A model generated the notes under the pieces. It searched no databases and was not told the origin of the DNA. It saw only the letters and a program-made list of their open reading frames with translations. A DNA stretch of 64,000 nt from Utricularia gibba (lineage: Eukaryota > Plantae > Magnoliophyta), in NCBI GenBank assembly GCA_002189035.1, contig NEEC01000015.1:1426001-1490000 (forward strand), in the 5' to 3' direction. This document shows positions 40,622-53,195 of the stretch, one piece after another (positions within the stretch are counted from its first letter, which is position 1; each line of letters opens with the position of its first letter). Made by a program: the position numbers and the translations under genes.

Positions 40622-42741
40622 ATGGAGGGTTTCAGAAGTGGGACGGGAAACCAATGGCGAGTCCTGGAATTCTACAGTGGTATTGGAGGCATGGTGATTT
40701 ACTTCTTTGTTGTTGTTTGTTTCTTTTTCGTGTTAGATGAAGCATTTCATCGTTGTTTGTTTGTTACTCGCGTGAATTTTTACATTGCTTCCGATTTGAT
40801 ATTGAAAGAGATACGCCCTACTTGAGACTGGAGTTGATGCTATTGTGGTGGAAGCCTTTGAAATAACTGACGTCGCCAATGATGTTTATGAGCACAATTT
40901 CGGTCATCGACCCCATCAGGTAGAGTCGTTGAATTATTCGTTCCTTTTCGTGGCATGTGCTTAAAGTTCCTGTACCATTGTTTGCGCATTTCATGAGAAG
41001 GGGTTGCATTTGCGTGATAATGATGAATGATTTGCTATCATTGAAAGATGGGATTTTGTTGGCTTTATTTGACTTCACTAACTGTTACTTTGTGCGGGCT
41101 TTGGTTTCAAACCTTTTTTACGTTATGGTGTCGTGATGCAGCTGAATTTTTATGTTGAGTTTAGGGAAACATCCAGACGCTAAGTGCTGCTGATCTTGAC
41201 CATTACAAAGCAAATGTCTGGCTTCTGTCTCCGCCTTGCCAACCATACACAAGACAAGGTTATTGAATATTTTTTATGCTATTTGATTTTTTTCATTCAT
41301 TTATCTGCTATCTTATGTGGATATACTGATTGCTGCTGTATCGCGGCCGTTTCCTGAAATTCCTTCACTGAAGGTCACCAAAAGGGTTCAAATGATGCTA
41401 GGTCATCTTCTTTTCTGAGGATTCTTGAAGTTATACCTCAATGTTCGTTGCGTCCACTCATGCTATTTGTGGAAAATGTTGTTGGATTCGAGGTCCGTTA
41501 TTCATACATACCCCTTACCACATATAAATAAATTTATCTCGTTCTTATTTTTTTAAGGGTTTCTTGGTTTTAATTTCAGAAATCTGATACACATACAAAG
41601 ATGATTGGCATGTTACATGAGAACCATTATGAGACACAAGAATTTATTCTTAGTCCGCTGCAGTTTGGTCTGCCGTATTCTCGTCCCCGATATTTTTGTT
41701 TGGTGAGTCATTTCTCTGGATCCACTTCTGTCATAGATGGCTTCGTGATTATGAACTGTGGTACTGTATGTGAAGCAAATTCCAGGCCAAGCTGAAACCT
41801 CTTACATTTCTGTATGCACATTTCAATAATGAGCTCCTCCATTCTCTGGAGCCTTTGCGTGGGCAAGAGAAAAGCTTTCCTGCAAGTGGGAAAAAGGAAT
41901 CCGATGCATTTTGCTTTGATGTACCTGAAAATTGTCGACCTTTAAGAGATTTTTTGGAGTTGGAGAATACTAGAGGAGAAAATGCAATGGAGCATGATGA
42001 AGCTAAGAAACACATCGAAAATCCTTTAAATGAGTACATTGTTCCTCCGAGCCTGGTTGAGAGATGGGGGAATGCCATGGGTACCAAATCCTAGCCACCT
42101 TATTAATCCTTCTTTGACAGTTCCTCCACTTTATATTCATCTTCACCAATTCATTGTTATGAAAATCATAGATGTCGTGTTCCCCAGTTCAACACGGTGT
42201 TGTTGCTTTACCAAAAGTTACTATCGTTATGTGAAAGGCACAGGTTCCTTTCTCGCGACTGTGGCTGTGAGTCTTCACCAATTCTTGATCAACCTCTATA
42301 CTGTATATCTAACATTTCAGGCTTCAAACATCATGGATGCATATGCATGGATTGCAGGAAAACACCAATGGTGAATCATTCGCAATGCCAGAGCTGCATC
42401 TCAGATACTTTACACCAAGAGAGGTGTGCTGATTTCACTGGTTGTTTTTTTCTCCTTATGTTATCCCATGCCTAATTATACCTACATAACTAGGTTGCCA
42501 ATATCCACTCTTTTCCGGAGGATTTCTCATTCCCAGAGCATGTTACTCTCCGACAACGGTTCGACTAATGCTCGTCTTACACCTTGCTTGATTTATAGAA
42601 GTTCAGTTTATGGGAATGCGGAGTATTCTCATTTTGGCCTTGATGTATTCCCGCAGCTATGCTTTGTTGGGGAACAGTTTGAGTGTGGGTGTTGTGGCAC
42701 CGCTGCTGCGCTATCTGTTCACCGAAGGTGCCAACATATAG
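40622..42741 (+). CDS. DNMT2: tRNA (cytosine-38-C5) methyltransferase DNMT2/TRDMT1, 10 exons
   Basis: [12 protein letters not shown] (motif I), SPPCQPYTR (motif IV), ENV (motif VI), the DNMT2-specific [16 protein letters not shown] and LLGNSLSV (motif X). Exons join in frame. Confidence 0.93.
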
Positions 42742-43005
42742 AAGGATTTTCGCTGTGACATTCCTTCATTCCTCTACAATCTAGTGTTAAATCTGATATG
42801 GTTACTGCATGCACATCTTGGAAATTGTTATATTAGGGGAGTATTATCGACGTGGGTTTCATATTTACGTATCATATGCTTGTTATCTGCAACCGTTTGT
42901 CATGACAAGGGCAAAGAAAGTAAAGAAATGGAAGGGCATCCTGAGGCATCGGTATCTTGTCTGTTCGTATTATCTATCATGCTGATGAACCCCTCCTGAT
43001 ATCCG

Positions 43006-44791
43006 ATGATGTCGGAGCAGAGGCAGGTTTTACTGACCAAGAATCGTGCATTGTCGCGGTGTGCTTCGAACGCGCATGACGAGCTTCATAGCTTCCGTTC
43101 GTGGCTCAGATGGATTTGTGTCGACCAATCCGATTCCTGGACGGCGTTCCTCTCCTGGTTCGTCTTCCTCACTTTCATTCTCGTCGTTCCCGCCATCTCG
43201 CATTTCGGATTGGCATGCTCCCCATGCGACAGCCTCCATACCCGGCCTTTCGACGCTGTGGCACAGCTCTCGCTTAGCGCAGTCGCCTCCTTGTCGTTCT
43301 TTTCCCTTTCTAGTTTCGTCAACAAGTATGGGCTCCGCCGGTTCTTGTTCTTTGATTCCCTCCGTGAAGAGAGCGAGGCTGTCAGAAAAGAATATACCTT
43401 GGAGCTGAATGTGAGACCCTTTTTTTTCGAAATCCGTTCTATGTTTATCTGTTGCATTTGGTGGCATATGATTGATGTTTGAGGACTATTTTTGTGGTAT
43501 TGCATTCTTGTCACTGAATCCATGATGAACGAATGCAGGATTAGAACTTGCTCAAAGATCTATGACAAGAAAATTATTAAATTTATTTGTGTCTGTTGTT
43601 GCAGAGGTCTCTGTCAATGCTCTTCGTTTTTGTGCTCCCTGGAGTTGCGGTGGAGAGTGCATATAAGATATGGTGGTATGCCTCTGGAGGAGCAAGGATT
43701 CCCTTTTTGGGAAACTTGATAGTAAGCAGCACGGTTGCCTGCGTCTTGGAGTTATGCTCATGGTTCTATAGAACAGTTGTCTTCTTTTTTGTGTGCATTC
43801 TTTTCCGGCTCATCTGCTACCTCCAGATTCTGCGTATGAAAGACTTCGCACTCGTTTTCCTTGTAAATTCCGATGTTGAAACCATTCTTGTAGAACATAA
43901 CAGGATCAGAAGGCATTTGAGGATCATAAGCCATAGGTATAGGCCCTTTATTTTGTGGGCATTGATCTTCATTACAGCAAGTCTTTTTGCTTCTCTTTTG
44001 GTTACCACTCGGCCAAGTGGAAAGTTGAACATTCTTCATAGCGGAGAGCTTGCGGTATGAAGTGTGTTTCCCTATGCTTTCCTCTCATCATGCCTTCTTC
44101 ATTAGCTACAAAAATCTTCTCTGCATGTTGTAATGATGAATTTTAATGAGATTATGACCTTTTCAATGTGTTTCTCCATTGCTTGTACTTTTTCCATGCC
44201 ACATTCTCATTCATAGGTAGTTGCTTTTTTCTGAGTTGCAGAATCTTGATCTCAGTTTTAATCTACAGCTTTGCTCAGTGAACCTCCTTGCCGGACTAAT
44301 GATACTCCTAAGAAGCGCAGCAAGAATAACACACAAGGCACAAGCAGTCACGGCTCTGGCAGCCAAATGGCACGTCTGTGCTACAATTGAGTCATTTGAT
44401 GCAGCCCAAGCCGAGACTCCGGCCGCTCGGAACACTGAGACGGAACCAGAGTTTCCTGACAGACCCTCCTACGACTCCGATGAAGCCGGAGACGAAGAAG
44501 ATGAAGTCGACCACACCAAGTTAGTCCTCACCTCCGTCTACAGCCCACTCTCATTTCAGAAAAGACAGGCCTTAGGTAACACCTGCCACCTTATGTCTTG
44601 TCTGCATTCAACACTGTGATAGCTAATAGCCATTAGCCCCTCTTGCTGCGACAGTTACCTACCTTGAGAACAATCAAGCTGGGATCACAGTTTACGGGTT
44701 CATGCTCGATCGAAGCTCCCTCCACACCATCTTCGGCATAGAGTTATCGCTTGTCCTCTGGCTGCTCGGAAAGACTGTAGGAATTTCATAG
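43006..44791 (+). CDS. DUF3537 multi-pass membrane protein, 4 exons
   Basis: DELHSFRSWLRWICVDQS, GLRRFLFFD, HLRIISHRYR, SFQKRQALVTYLENNQAGITVYGFMLDR and WLLGKT. Confidence 0.87.
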
Positions 44792-45280
44792 ATAGGCATC
44801 TGCTCATTTACAAAACTGGTTATCCTCTCATTTTTTCAAAATTTTTAACTGATGATATTCATGTTTTTTCATATATTTCATCAAGAATGATCGGATTTGT
44901 AATAAGTGTCAGTGTGACAATTTATGTATTTTTTTATTTTTTATTATATATTAAATAATATCCTATATTATAAAAAAGATGGAGAAAAAAAGGGGATTAC
45001 CATACACAAAAAGATCAAGTATATTAATTGGTAACATAATTTAATAAATAATATGCAGAAATTTTGATAATTTCTGGAATCTAATGTAAAAAAAGTATTT
45101 AAATATTTGGAATTTTGATATGCATGCACATGTAATATGCAATCTCATCTGCCGACTGTTTCTGCAATTTTATTACAGAAATTCTGAGTCAGTCATTCAA
45201 CGTTTCCTGGGAGATGACTTACTACATATTTTGTCATAACATGGTACACGTGCAGGTTGATTTTCATTCGTGGCCCGACG

Positions 45281-45871
45281 ATGATGACGTCTGCGGTGAG
45301 CTCTCCGACGGCTGCCGGAGCTTCAAGAAGTAGAAGGAAGATGGTCTGCGTATGTGTGACTGTGGCACTTATGAGCTTCATCCTCGCAATACTGGTGGTG
45401 GGGTTCATCTTCTTCTGGCCTAAGCCGCCTATCGCCGCCGTCAATTCTGTAACGCTAAACAGTCTAGATTTCTCGTTGGACGTTATTCATTTTCGCGTTC
45501 ATTTCAACATGAGCCTTGAAATGAGCGTCGCAGTGAGGAACCCGAATAGAGTGAGATTCCACGCGTCCAACACGACAGCAAACCTGGTTTATAGAGGAAG
45601 AAACATCGGCGAAGTTCCGATACTGGGCGATGAGATTCAGGGGAATGGGCTGCGTACGTTGGATTTGAGTTTGGTGCTGAAGGATGATCGGCTACTCTCC
45701 GATCCGAATTTCTTTCTGGACGCGATCTCCGGCTCCACACGGTTCCACACAGTGATGAGGGTCCCGGGTACCGTTCGGATCCTTTCAGACTTCAAAGTGG
45801 CGGCGTACGTGACCTGTGATTTGGATATTCATCTTATTACTCGGAAGCTCGCCGGCCATGCATGCCGTTAA
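45281..45871 (+). CDS. LEA_2 / hydroxyproline-rich glycoprotein-family membrane protein, single exon
   Basis: Basic patch plus one TM helix, then KPP, VRNPN and YRG motifs typical of LEA_2/NHL proteins, and the C-terminal Cys pair. Confidence 0.8.
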   Translation: MMTSAVSSPTAAGASRSRRKMVCVCVTVALMSFILAILVVGFIFFWPKPPIAAVNSVTLNSLDFSLDVIHFRVHFNMSLEMSVAVRNPNRVRFHASNTTANLVYRGRNIGEVPILGDEIQGNGLRTLDLSLVLKDDRLLSDPNFFLDAISGSTRFHTVMRVPGTVRILSDFKVAAYVTCDLDIHLITRKLAGHACR

Positions 45872-46616
45872 TCACATGTAATCACATTACATTAGAGACT
45901 GATGCAGTCTCCTGGCAAAGCCCCATTCTATGTGCTTTACAAATTCTAGGATCTATTGCTGTGTTACTTAAGACAGTTCAGCAGCAGAATGCGTTGGCCT
46001 GTTGGGCAATGACAACTAGAGACACAACTGGCCTTGACAAAATGTTAAAATACTCCAAGAACGAAGACATACATGTGAATGGTTTCTGATTCTCACATGC
46101 ATCTTTAAGACAGTAGTTGAAATCATTGTATTTTCCTTCACTGTTTCCATGTCATGGCTGCTGTCTATGGGTTTTCTTGGAATATGCAATGCACCGTAAT
46201 AGACATCAAAACTTGATCATTTCAGTCACACTTCCATTTTCAGTGGGCGGAATTAAGTGATTACACCTACTTGAATGTGACAGACCGTGGGATTTTCGAT
46301 AATAAATTCGGATGAGAGAATCTTGTTGTTCGTATGTGCAAAGGTCTTTGTCTACTACGAGGTCCCCAGGCTATGAAGTTGTCATTTTGGCAAGATATGT
46401 AGTTTGAATTCCCACGTTCACTCAGTTGTTGCAGTAAGCTCCATTTTTTTTCTTCTTCCAAAAGAAGAAGCAGTGCGTGAAATACAGATCTTCGAGAGAA
46501 GTTTCATTGCAAAAAGGAAAAAAACCAATAAATTAATGGCACAGAGTGCCTGAACACACTGAATTCACAGTTGATCGATCCCGTTTTCTCTGCACAAGGA
46601 AGAGTAGCAGGATTTG

Positions 46617-47441
46617 TCATGGAGAAGCTCGCAGAGCTCGTGCTTCTGATCCTTCTTTCATGATCCTTAGCCTCTTGCAAGATGAAATGAACATGCTGCA
46701 GCAACAGTAGAGCGTTTAGAAAACAACAGGATGTGTTAAAGATGGATGATTCCATAGGCCTTTGATGAACTTACTCCCATGGAACGTCTCCAACTAGCAT
46801 CAAGTCTCCATCTCTGTCTTCATAAGCAGGTGAATATCTGGACCCTTTGTACCCCTCTCTCTCTGAGTATTCCCTGATGAGCAAAACAGCAGGATCGAAA
46901 GAGTTGCAGAAACAAAGCAACAGAATCATAGGTGCAAGTTCTGAATGTACCCATGTGGAGCTTGAACATGTCTTCCAAGGCTTTGATAAGCTCTGAGTAT
47001 CCAGAGTAAAGTTTCAGATCAATTTTTCTGAGATAAGGTGCGCCATCCATGCTAACTTTAACGTAAATCCCAGTTTCTTGTTCCGTTTTCTTCCCCAGGG
47101 GATTGATTTTCCGGTGAGATCTTACCGGCGGCCAACCCATAATCTGTGCCCTGCCATGCCATTAGAATAACCAAACCATTTTCCTCATGTCAGTTGCAGC
47201 CAATACGAATATTCAAACAAACCATCAAACGCATAAATAGAAATGCGTACTTCGATGCAGGACCAGCCCCTTGCTCAGGTGAACTGAAGGAAGCCGATGG
47301 GGCGTTGAATCCACCGTAAACGGCGGACTCCGGCGACACCCTCTTGCAATTTTTGGCCCCAGAAACGAAATCATCACCCTCATCTGTCCCAGGCAAGCCA
47401 AGCCTCAGCTCAGTCGCCCTGAAATTGAGACCCTTTTCCAT
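46617..47441 (-). CDS. IAA: Aux/IAA transcriptional repressor (IAA1-4/AUX22 clade), 4 exons
   Basis: Domain [12 protein letters not shown], degron GWPPVRS, domain [19 protein letters not shown] and domain [18 protein letters not shown]|[14 protein letters not shown]. Confidence 0.93.
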
Positions 47442-47644
47442 CCCCTTCACAGCAACGCTTGAAACAGAAAAATCAACAAGCAGCGCGCGCAGGACAACTG
47501 CTTCCGTCGAATGTTACAAAGTTTCTGGCCACTCCTACACAAAAACCAGCCACGCAAGAAAACACGTTGAGAGTTGGGGGTGTTTTAAAGGCAACCAATC
47601 GCCCGGGTGCCCGACTTTCTACGAATCTTTGAAAGCGTGAACTC

Positions 47645-47718
47645 CAGACAAATGTCGCTCAGGGTGTCGGCACGAGGAGGAACAGCATTAAGGCATACGC
47701 TCCTTCATCCGGGGGACA
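47645..47718. promoter_or_regulatory. Cluster of TGTC-core auxin response elements upstream of the Aux/IAA gene
   Basis: TGTCTG (minus, 47645-47650), TGTCGC (47653), TGTCGG (47665-47670) and TGTCCC (minus, 47713-47718), 200-280 nt upstream of the ATG at 47441. ARF binding to such sites is established; function here is inferred. Confidence 0.45.
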
Positions 47719-49669
47719 TTTCAGGAACAATCTCAGCCACTCATCGCGAATCATCTTTGCATAGACCAACGGCCACGATTTGGTTGACGGAGGCTAAGCC
47801 CGCGCATTTGACCCCGTCCCCCCTTATTTCTAATTAAAAAAAACAATTCCATTATTAGGCACATTTAGTTGACCAATCCCTTAAAATTTTTTATCTTTTT
47901 AAAATTTTATTTTTCGCACCTTTTCCAAATTAACTAAAATATTACTTTATTTTTCCAAATTTATAATAAAAAATACAATCTTATTAAAAAGTAGATATAG
48001 CCTCCCTTTGGCATAGTTTCTCAAAAATGAATTTAAGAAAAATATTTTGATAAAATAAAAATTTCGGTCTTTCAACTTCTTAAAAATAATGTTTTTAAAA
48101 ATAAAGATTATTCATATTTACAATGCAAAATAAAATATTCTCAATTTTTTATATTTTTGGATTATAAATTTCAAATTTTTTCGAATTTCGAACATTAATT
48201 CATTGTATGGTGTATTGGAACTACTGGACTAGTTATGAATTATGGATCAATTAGAAAAGTAATCATGTGTTAAAAAATATATGAAAAAAATAATCATTTC
48301 ATATATATATATTTTTCAAATCATTTTAATTATATACAATATATCGTTTCGAAGTTCTTTCAAAGTCTTTAACATTGATTTATAAAAGTCGGGTCGTTCA
48401 ATGAAGTTTGAGTGTAGGAAATGGAATTATACATTTTATAAATGAGCCGATGAATTACTGCACGAGAGAATAAGTAACTTGGACCGGACCACTTGGTGCT
48501 TCGGTCTTAATGGCAACAATGACTGACAAATAGGCATTATAACAAGCAACTAGGAGGCCAATTAATATTTTTTTGTATTTTTTAACATTTATTTTTTGTA
48601 TATGTCATTTAAAAATTAATAAAATCTAAATTTCACAATTGCGAAAAAAGGAAGGCTAAAGACTAAAATTTTATTTAAAAAATTACCGCATGTTTTTTTT
48701 AATAATATTACATCTCATGTGTATTTTTTCAAATATTTTCAATTATAAATCCATTTTAAAATGGAAATTATTATAATATTATTGATAAAATGATTCTCAT
48801 TTTCGATAATCGCACTTGATATTAATAACGATATCTTGTTTTCATGTGGGACGTCAGATTAGTAAATGACATTAATTTTCAAATAAATCATTCTGTGTAT
48901 ATTTATATCAAATTATGAGTGAAAACTAAAAAAAAAAAACAGATAATATAAAGAAAAATTGTATATTTTCTTTCACATTTGTGGGTTAAATTGGACAGTA
49001 GAAAAGAAGGCTCGTTTTCCATAGAAATCAAAACCTAAAACGTATTGGAGTGCCTGCTTGGTCTCCTACAGGGCAAGCGTTCCATCATTTTCTTACACCT
49101 CAGAGAATCCGGTTGCTGAGGCATGGTGATGACAGATCTGAAGCGCAGTGGAAGCGGCGGCTCCACCGAGATAACAACGGGACATGCAGGCCCGGTGGTG
49201 GAGCACCGGGATCACCCGGGGCTGGCTTTGCCGACGCCGCTGGAATTTAAAATGGCGGAGTGGGACGTGACGTAGCGAGGGGCGAAGTCGACCACATTTG
49301 TTTAGAAGACGACGGCGACGGTGCCTTCCGCCATTACACCCCACTTTGGCACATTCTGCCCAAGTACCTCTTTCAAATTAAATGCCAAGAATTAATTCAT
49401 CACGACGAACCAAGGCACAAGGGGTGGAATATTAATAATTTATTATAAGGTCATTATTTAATTTTTAAAAAAATATTAATCAGTATTTTTTTGTCCCAAA
49501 CTATCATCTTTTCTAGGTTATTTTCTAAAAAAATAAATGCAAAAAAAAAGAAAAATAGAAGTTTCAATTTTCTTATGTGGGAAGTTTTATTAGGGTTTCT
49601 TTGATTGTAAGTTTCACATTTAATACGATTTAGACTATCATAGTAAGTGGGTTTTGAAAAATTTTTATA

Positions 49670-49905
49670 AAGTATTGTTCTGAAAAATTTTTGAAATCTA
49701 TTTTTACTTTTTAAAATTATTTTTGAAAAGTAGAAATAAAAAGTAAAAATAATTAATTTCTTAATTTTACAAAAATAATTTTTGTAGTTATAATTTAAAA
49801 GTATTTTTGATATAATTATTTTTATAATTAAAAATGTTCTAAAATAAAATCATTTTTACTTCTAAAAAATAAAAATAGATTTTAAAAATTTTCCAGAACA
49901 CACTT
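49670..49905. mobile_element. Foldback MITE-like element (~235 bp)
   Basis: The left end aagtattgttctgaaaaatttttgaaatctattttt and the reverse complement of the right end aagtgtgttctggaaaatttttaaaatctattttt are ~35-bp near-identical inverted termini around an AT-rich core. Confidence 0.55.
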
Positions 49906-50079
49906 TAAATCTATGTACATTTGTTTAAATAGAATATAAAAAATCAAGTGTGTTTATTTTATACTAAATCAAAAATATGTTTTTTTATTAATTCAAAATA
50001 ATCAATTCTTTTACATATATATGAAAGAAGCCATGACTGAAAAAAATGACATGTAAAAGGGAAGAGTATCAAACCGAAA

Positions 50080-50265
50080 ATTGGCAGTCCACCCTAAGGA
50101 AGCTGATGAGGCGCTGCCGGCGAGAAGCACTGCATCCTAGAGACAAGAGAAAAAGAAGTGCAAGAAGAAGAGGAAGAAGAAGTCATTGCTGAGCGAGTTA
50201 GCGAGTTTGTTCAGGGCTTCATTTTTATAAGCAGGGGAGTGCCCAATTTTTTCAGCATGGGCGCC
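50080..50265 (-). pseudogene. Decayed, inverted 5' fragment (core promoter, leader, start of signal peptide) of a class III peroxidase paralog
   Basis: Minus-strand 50260-50214 matches the peroxidase promoter at 51751-51795 at 40/47 positions. The ATG context at 50186 (ctcgctcagcaATGacttcttcttc) matches that at 51864 (ctcgctcggcaATGgcttcttcttc) at 23/25. Confidence 0.65.
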
Positions 50266-51863
50266 GATGGGCAGTTGACCCTGTGTCGTGTACGTTCTGG
50301 TTCACAAAGCGGAAGTCAGACAAATCTCCTCCTGTATATTTTTTCAACACGGAGTGAGGACCTGGACAATTCAGACATAGCGGCGGCAAGGCATCCAGCC
50401 ATGCCCTTGTCGTACTTCATTTTTTTAGAGCTGGTTCCTCAGCCTATCTATCCGCTGCTCCAAGAACATACTTCATGTTGCAACTGCGAAAAACTTGCTG
50501 CTGTTATTCTGAAAGAGAGGATTTCCATGGAAAGCTGTTATTCAGGTTTCATTGGCTTGATGAAGCCTTTTAATGTGGATTTGGTTGGTTTTCGTAGTGT
50601 CCTGCCCATCCCATCTTGTATTTCAACAATATCACCACTTTGAAGGGCCATTAAGATAAAAATGTTTGCTAGATAGAGAAGCAATAAGCAGATACCCAAA
50701 GGGGATACTATCAGATCCTAAGCTTTTCGTCTGCAGTTCTAATTCAACCATTTTCCATGTCCATTATGGAGTATGATATATTTTTTTTCCCAGGTTTTGT
50801 CTGTGCAATCCATAAACAACACATTATACTTACTCATCTATGCTGCCACTGCATTAGGTAAAACCCTATCAACCAAGAAAAATTACCAATTACCCTAAAC
50901 CCTAAAAAGCCAGAAACCTAATTAATTGCTTCTGTGAAAATAGCTTACCCACCTACTGATTCACATGTGTGAAAGGTAGAATTGCTTCTAAAGATTTAAA
51001 CTTTATTATTTTACCTCAAAATTTGACAAAACCCACAAGTAAGAATTGAATAATCCGACATCACAAAAACGAAGACAGAATAACAACCCTAATGTGATCG
51101 CAGGACCGGGTTGAACGCCAGAGTCTTGATTCCAACATTCACATATTTAGTCTAAGCACACCAAAATTTGTATTTATCTGCATGGAATGTAATCTTCAAC
51201 CATTTGAGGAGCTCGACTTGTTTTACTCGTTAGCAACACCCAAGATATTGACCAAATACTTTGATGAAATGCTTCTTGAGATCTATTACATTTAATGAGA
51301 TGGGATGTGAAAAAAATTGAACAAGACAATTAACATCATTACTAAGGTAATGAGGTAAAACGAGTATATATGAAATTTAAGTATATAAAAAATATGAATC
51401 ATATTAGAAAAAATTAAATTTAATTAATTATAAATAATTTATAATTTTTTTTATATATTTTACTATTTAACTTTCAATTTTTTTATATGGTATTGTTTAT
51501 TCTAATAACAATTACTACTTGGATTCCCACTAAAGATACGCATTTTCACCATTTTCAACATAAGGTTGAAGGGGTCTAACAGCAGAGGTGAGCGAGCGGG
51601 TTTGAAATTGGGGTTTGCGAAGCCATGTCTGACTTATGCCTTGTGAATTGGAATGTGGAAGACAGAAGTCAACATTGATTCCCTTGCCGTTTTTCTTTTT
51701 TTGCACTTTCGATCACTGAATGTCACATTCCAGTCAAACTTTTAAGGGGTCCATGTTGAAAAATTTGGGCACTCCAGCGCTTATAAAAGAAGCCCTAAAT
51801 CCATGCAAAGTCATTCATTCAGTCACAGCAGCATTTGTTTTTTTCTGATAAGCTCGCTCGGCA

Positions 51864-52995
51864 ATGGCTTCTTCTTCTTCGCTCAAGATTTTTGTGTTGA
51901 TGGCTGCGCTTGCTGTTAGGCTTGCTTCTGCTCAGCTGTCGTGGGATTTCTACGAATCATCGTGCCCCGATCTTCAGGACATTGTGAGGGAGGTCATGAC
52001 CGACGCTGTGTTCCAAGAGAGGAGAATGGGCGCTTCCATCCTCCGCATGCACTTCCATGACTGCTTCGTTCATGTAAGGAGGCTTCTTTATCTACCTGCA
52101 CCGCCATTTGTAGTATTAACTCACCGTCTGTGTCGTGTATTACTGATACTATCAGGGATGCGATGGATCGGTGCTGCTCGATAGCACCTCGACTGCGCCT
52201 GGAGAGAAGGGAGCCGGTCCCAATCGGAACTCTTTGAGGGGTTTTGAAGTCATCGACGATATCAAAACCCAAGTTGAAGCTGCATGCGCCAACACTGTCT
52301 CTTGCGCAGATATCTTGGCCATCGCCGCACGAGATGGAGTTGAACTGGTTCGTGTTGTCCAGACTCAGCAGCTACTTGTATTTATTTCACTGTTATGTAC
52401 TCCGGGATCTGAAAGTTTTTTTTTTTTTTTTTTCTGTGATCAGCTGGGAGGGCCACGATGGGAAGTTCCACTGGGGAGAAGAGACGCCCGCAACCCCGCC
52501 ACTCCAGCAGAAGTCAATTCCAATATCCCGTCCCCGTTTTCCGACTTCGCGGGGCTCGTCAGATCCTTTGCCGCGAAGAGGTTCTCCGCCCGGGACATGG
52601 TCATCTTATCTGGCGGCCACAATATCGGCTTTGCCCAGTGCTTCCTCTTCCGCAACCGAATCTACAACGAGTCCAACATCAACTCCACCTACGCCGCCTC
52701 GCTCCAAGCCAACTGCCCCAGAACCGGAGGAGACTCCAATCTCGCTCCCCTCGACGTCCCTTCTGCCGTGTTCGACAACAACTACTACAAGAACCTCGTC
52801 AACCACCGCGGCCTTCTTCACTCCGACCAGCAGATCTTCAATAACGTTTCCACCGATTCCGTCGTTCAGCATTTCGCCAACGACGGCGCCGCATTCAGGA
52901 GGGCTTTTAGTGAGACAATGGTGAGAATGGGTAACCTCAGCCCTCTCACAGGCACCGCCGGCGAGATCAGAACAAACTGCCGCCGTCACAATTAA
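51864..52995 (+). CDS. Class III secretory peroxidase (PRX52/P7-like), 3 exons (51864-52073, 52156-52347, 52444-52995)
   Basis: Signal peptide, [22 protein letters not shown] (distal His), [16 protein letters not shown] (proximal His), FDNNYY and GEIRTNC. Confidence 0.95.
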
Positions 52996-53195
52996 CGGTT
53001 TCATTGTGTTTGTTCTTTTTAAATTATACTATCATTTTGTGTTTGGGTTGGAACCCGTTGTCGAAATGTTTGTGAGGGACAGCGGAATTAAGTGATTTTG
53101 TATCCAATAGTATTAAATCGTGTTCCAAAATTAAGCAAATTGTGGGAACTAAACGCATGTCCTTAGATTCCTAACTCGACCAATGATGGTGGTTC

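Noticed and set aside
49093-49344. The GC island as the missing 3' part of the relic peroxidase
   Set aside because: Only short, non-colinear matches to the peroxidase exons.
50860-50910. Telomere-like ccctaaaccctaaa; also inverted ccctaa/ttaggg at ~60450
   Set aside because: Only one or two units; these are ordinary telo-box motifs, not a telomeric array.
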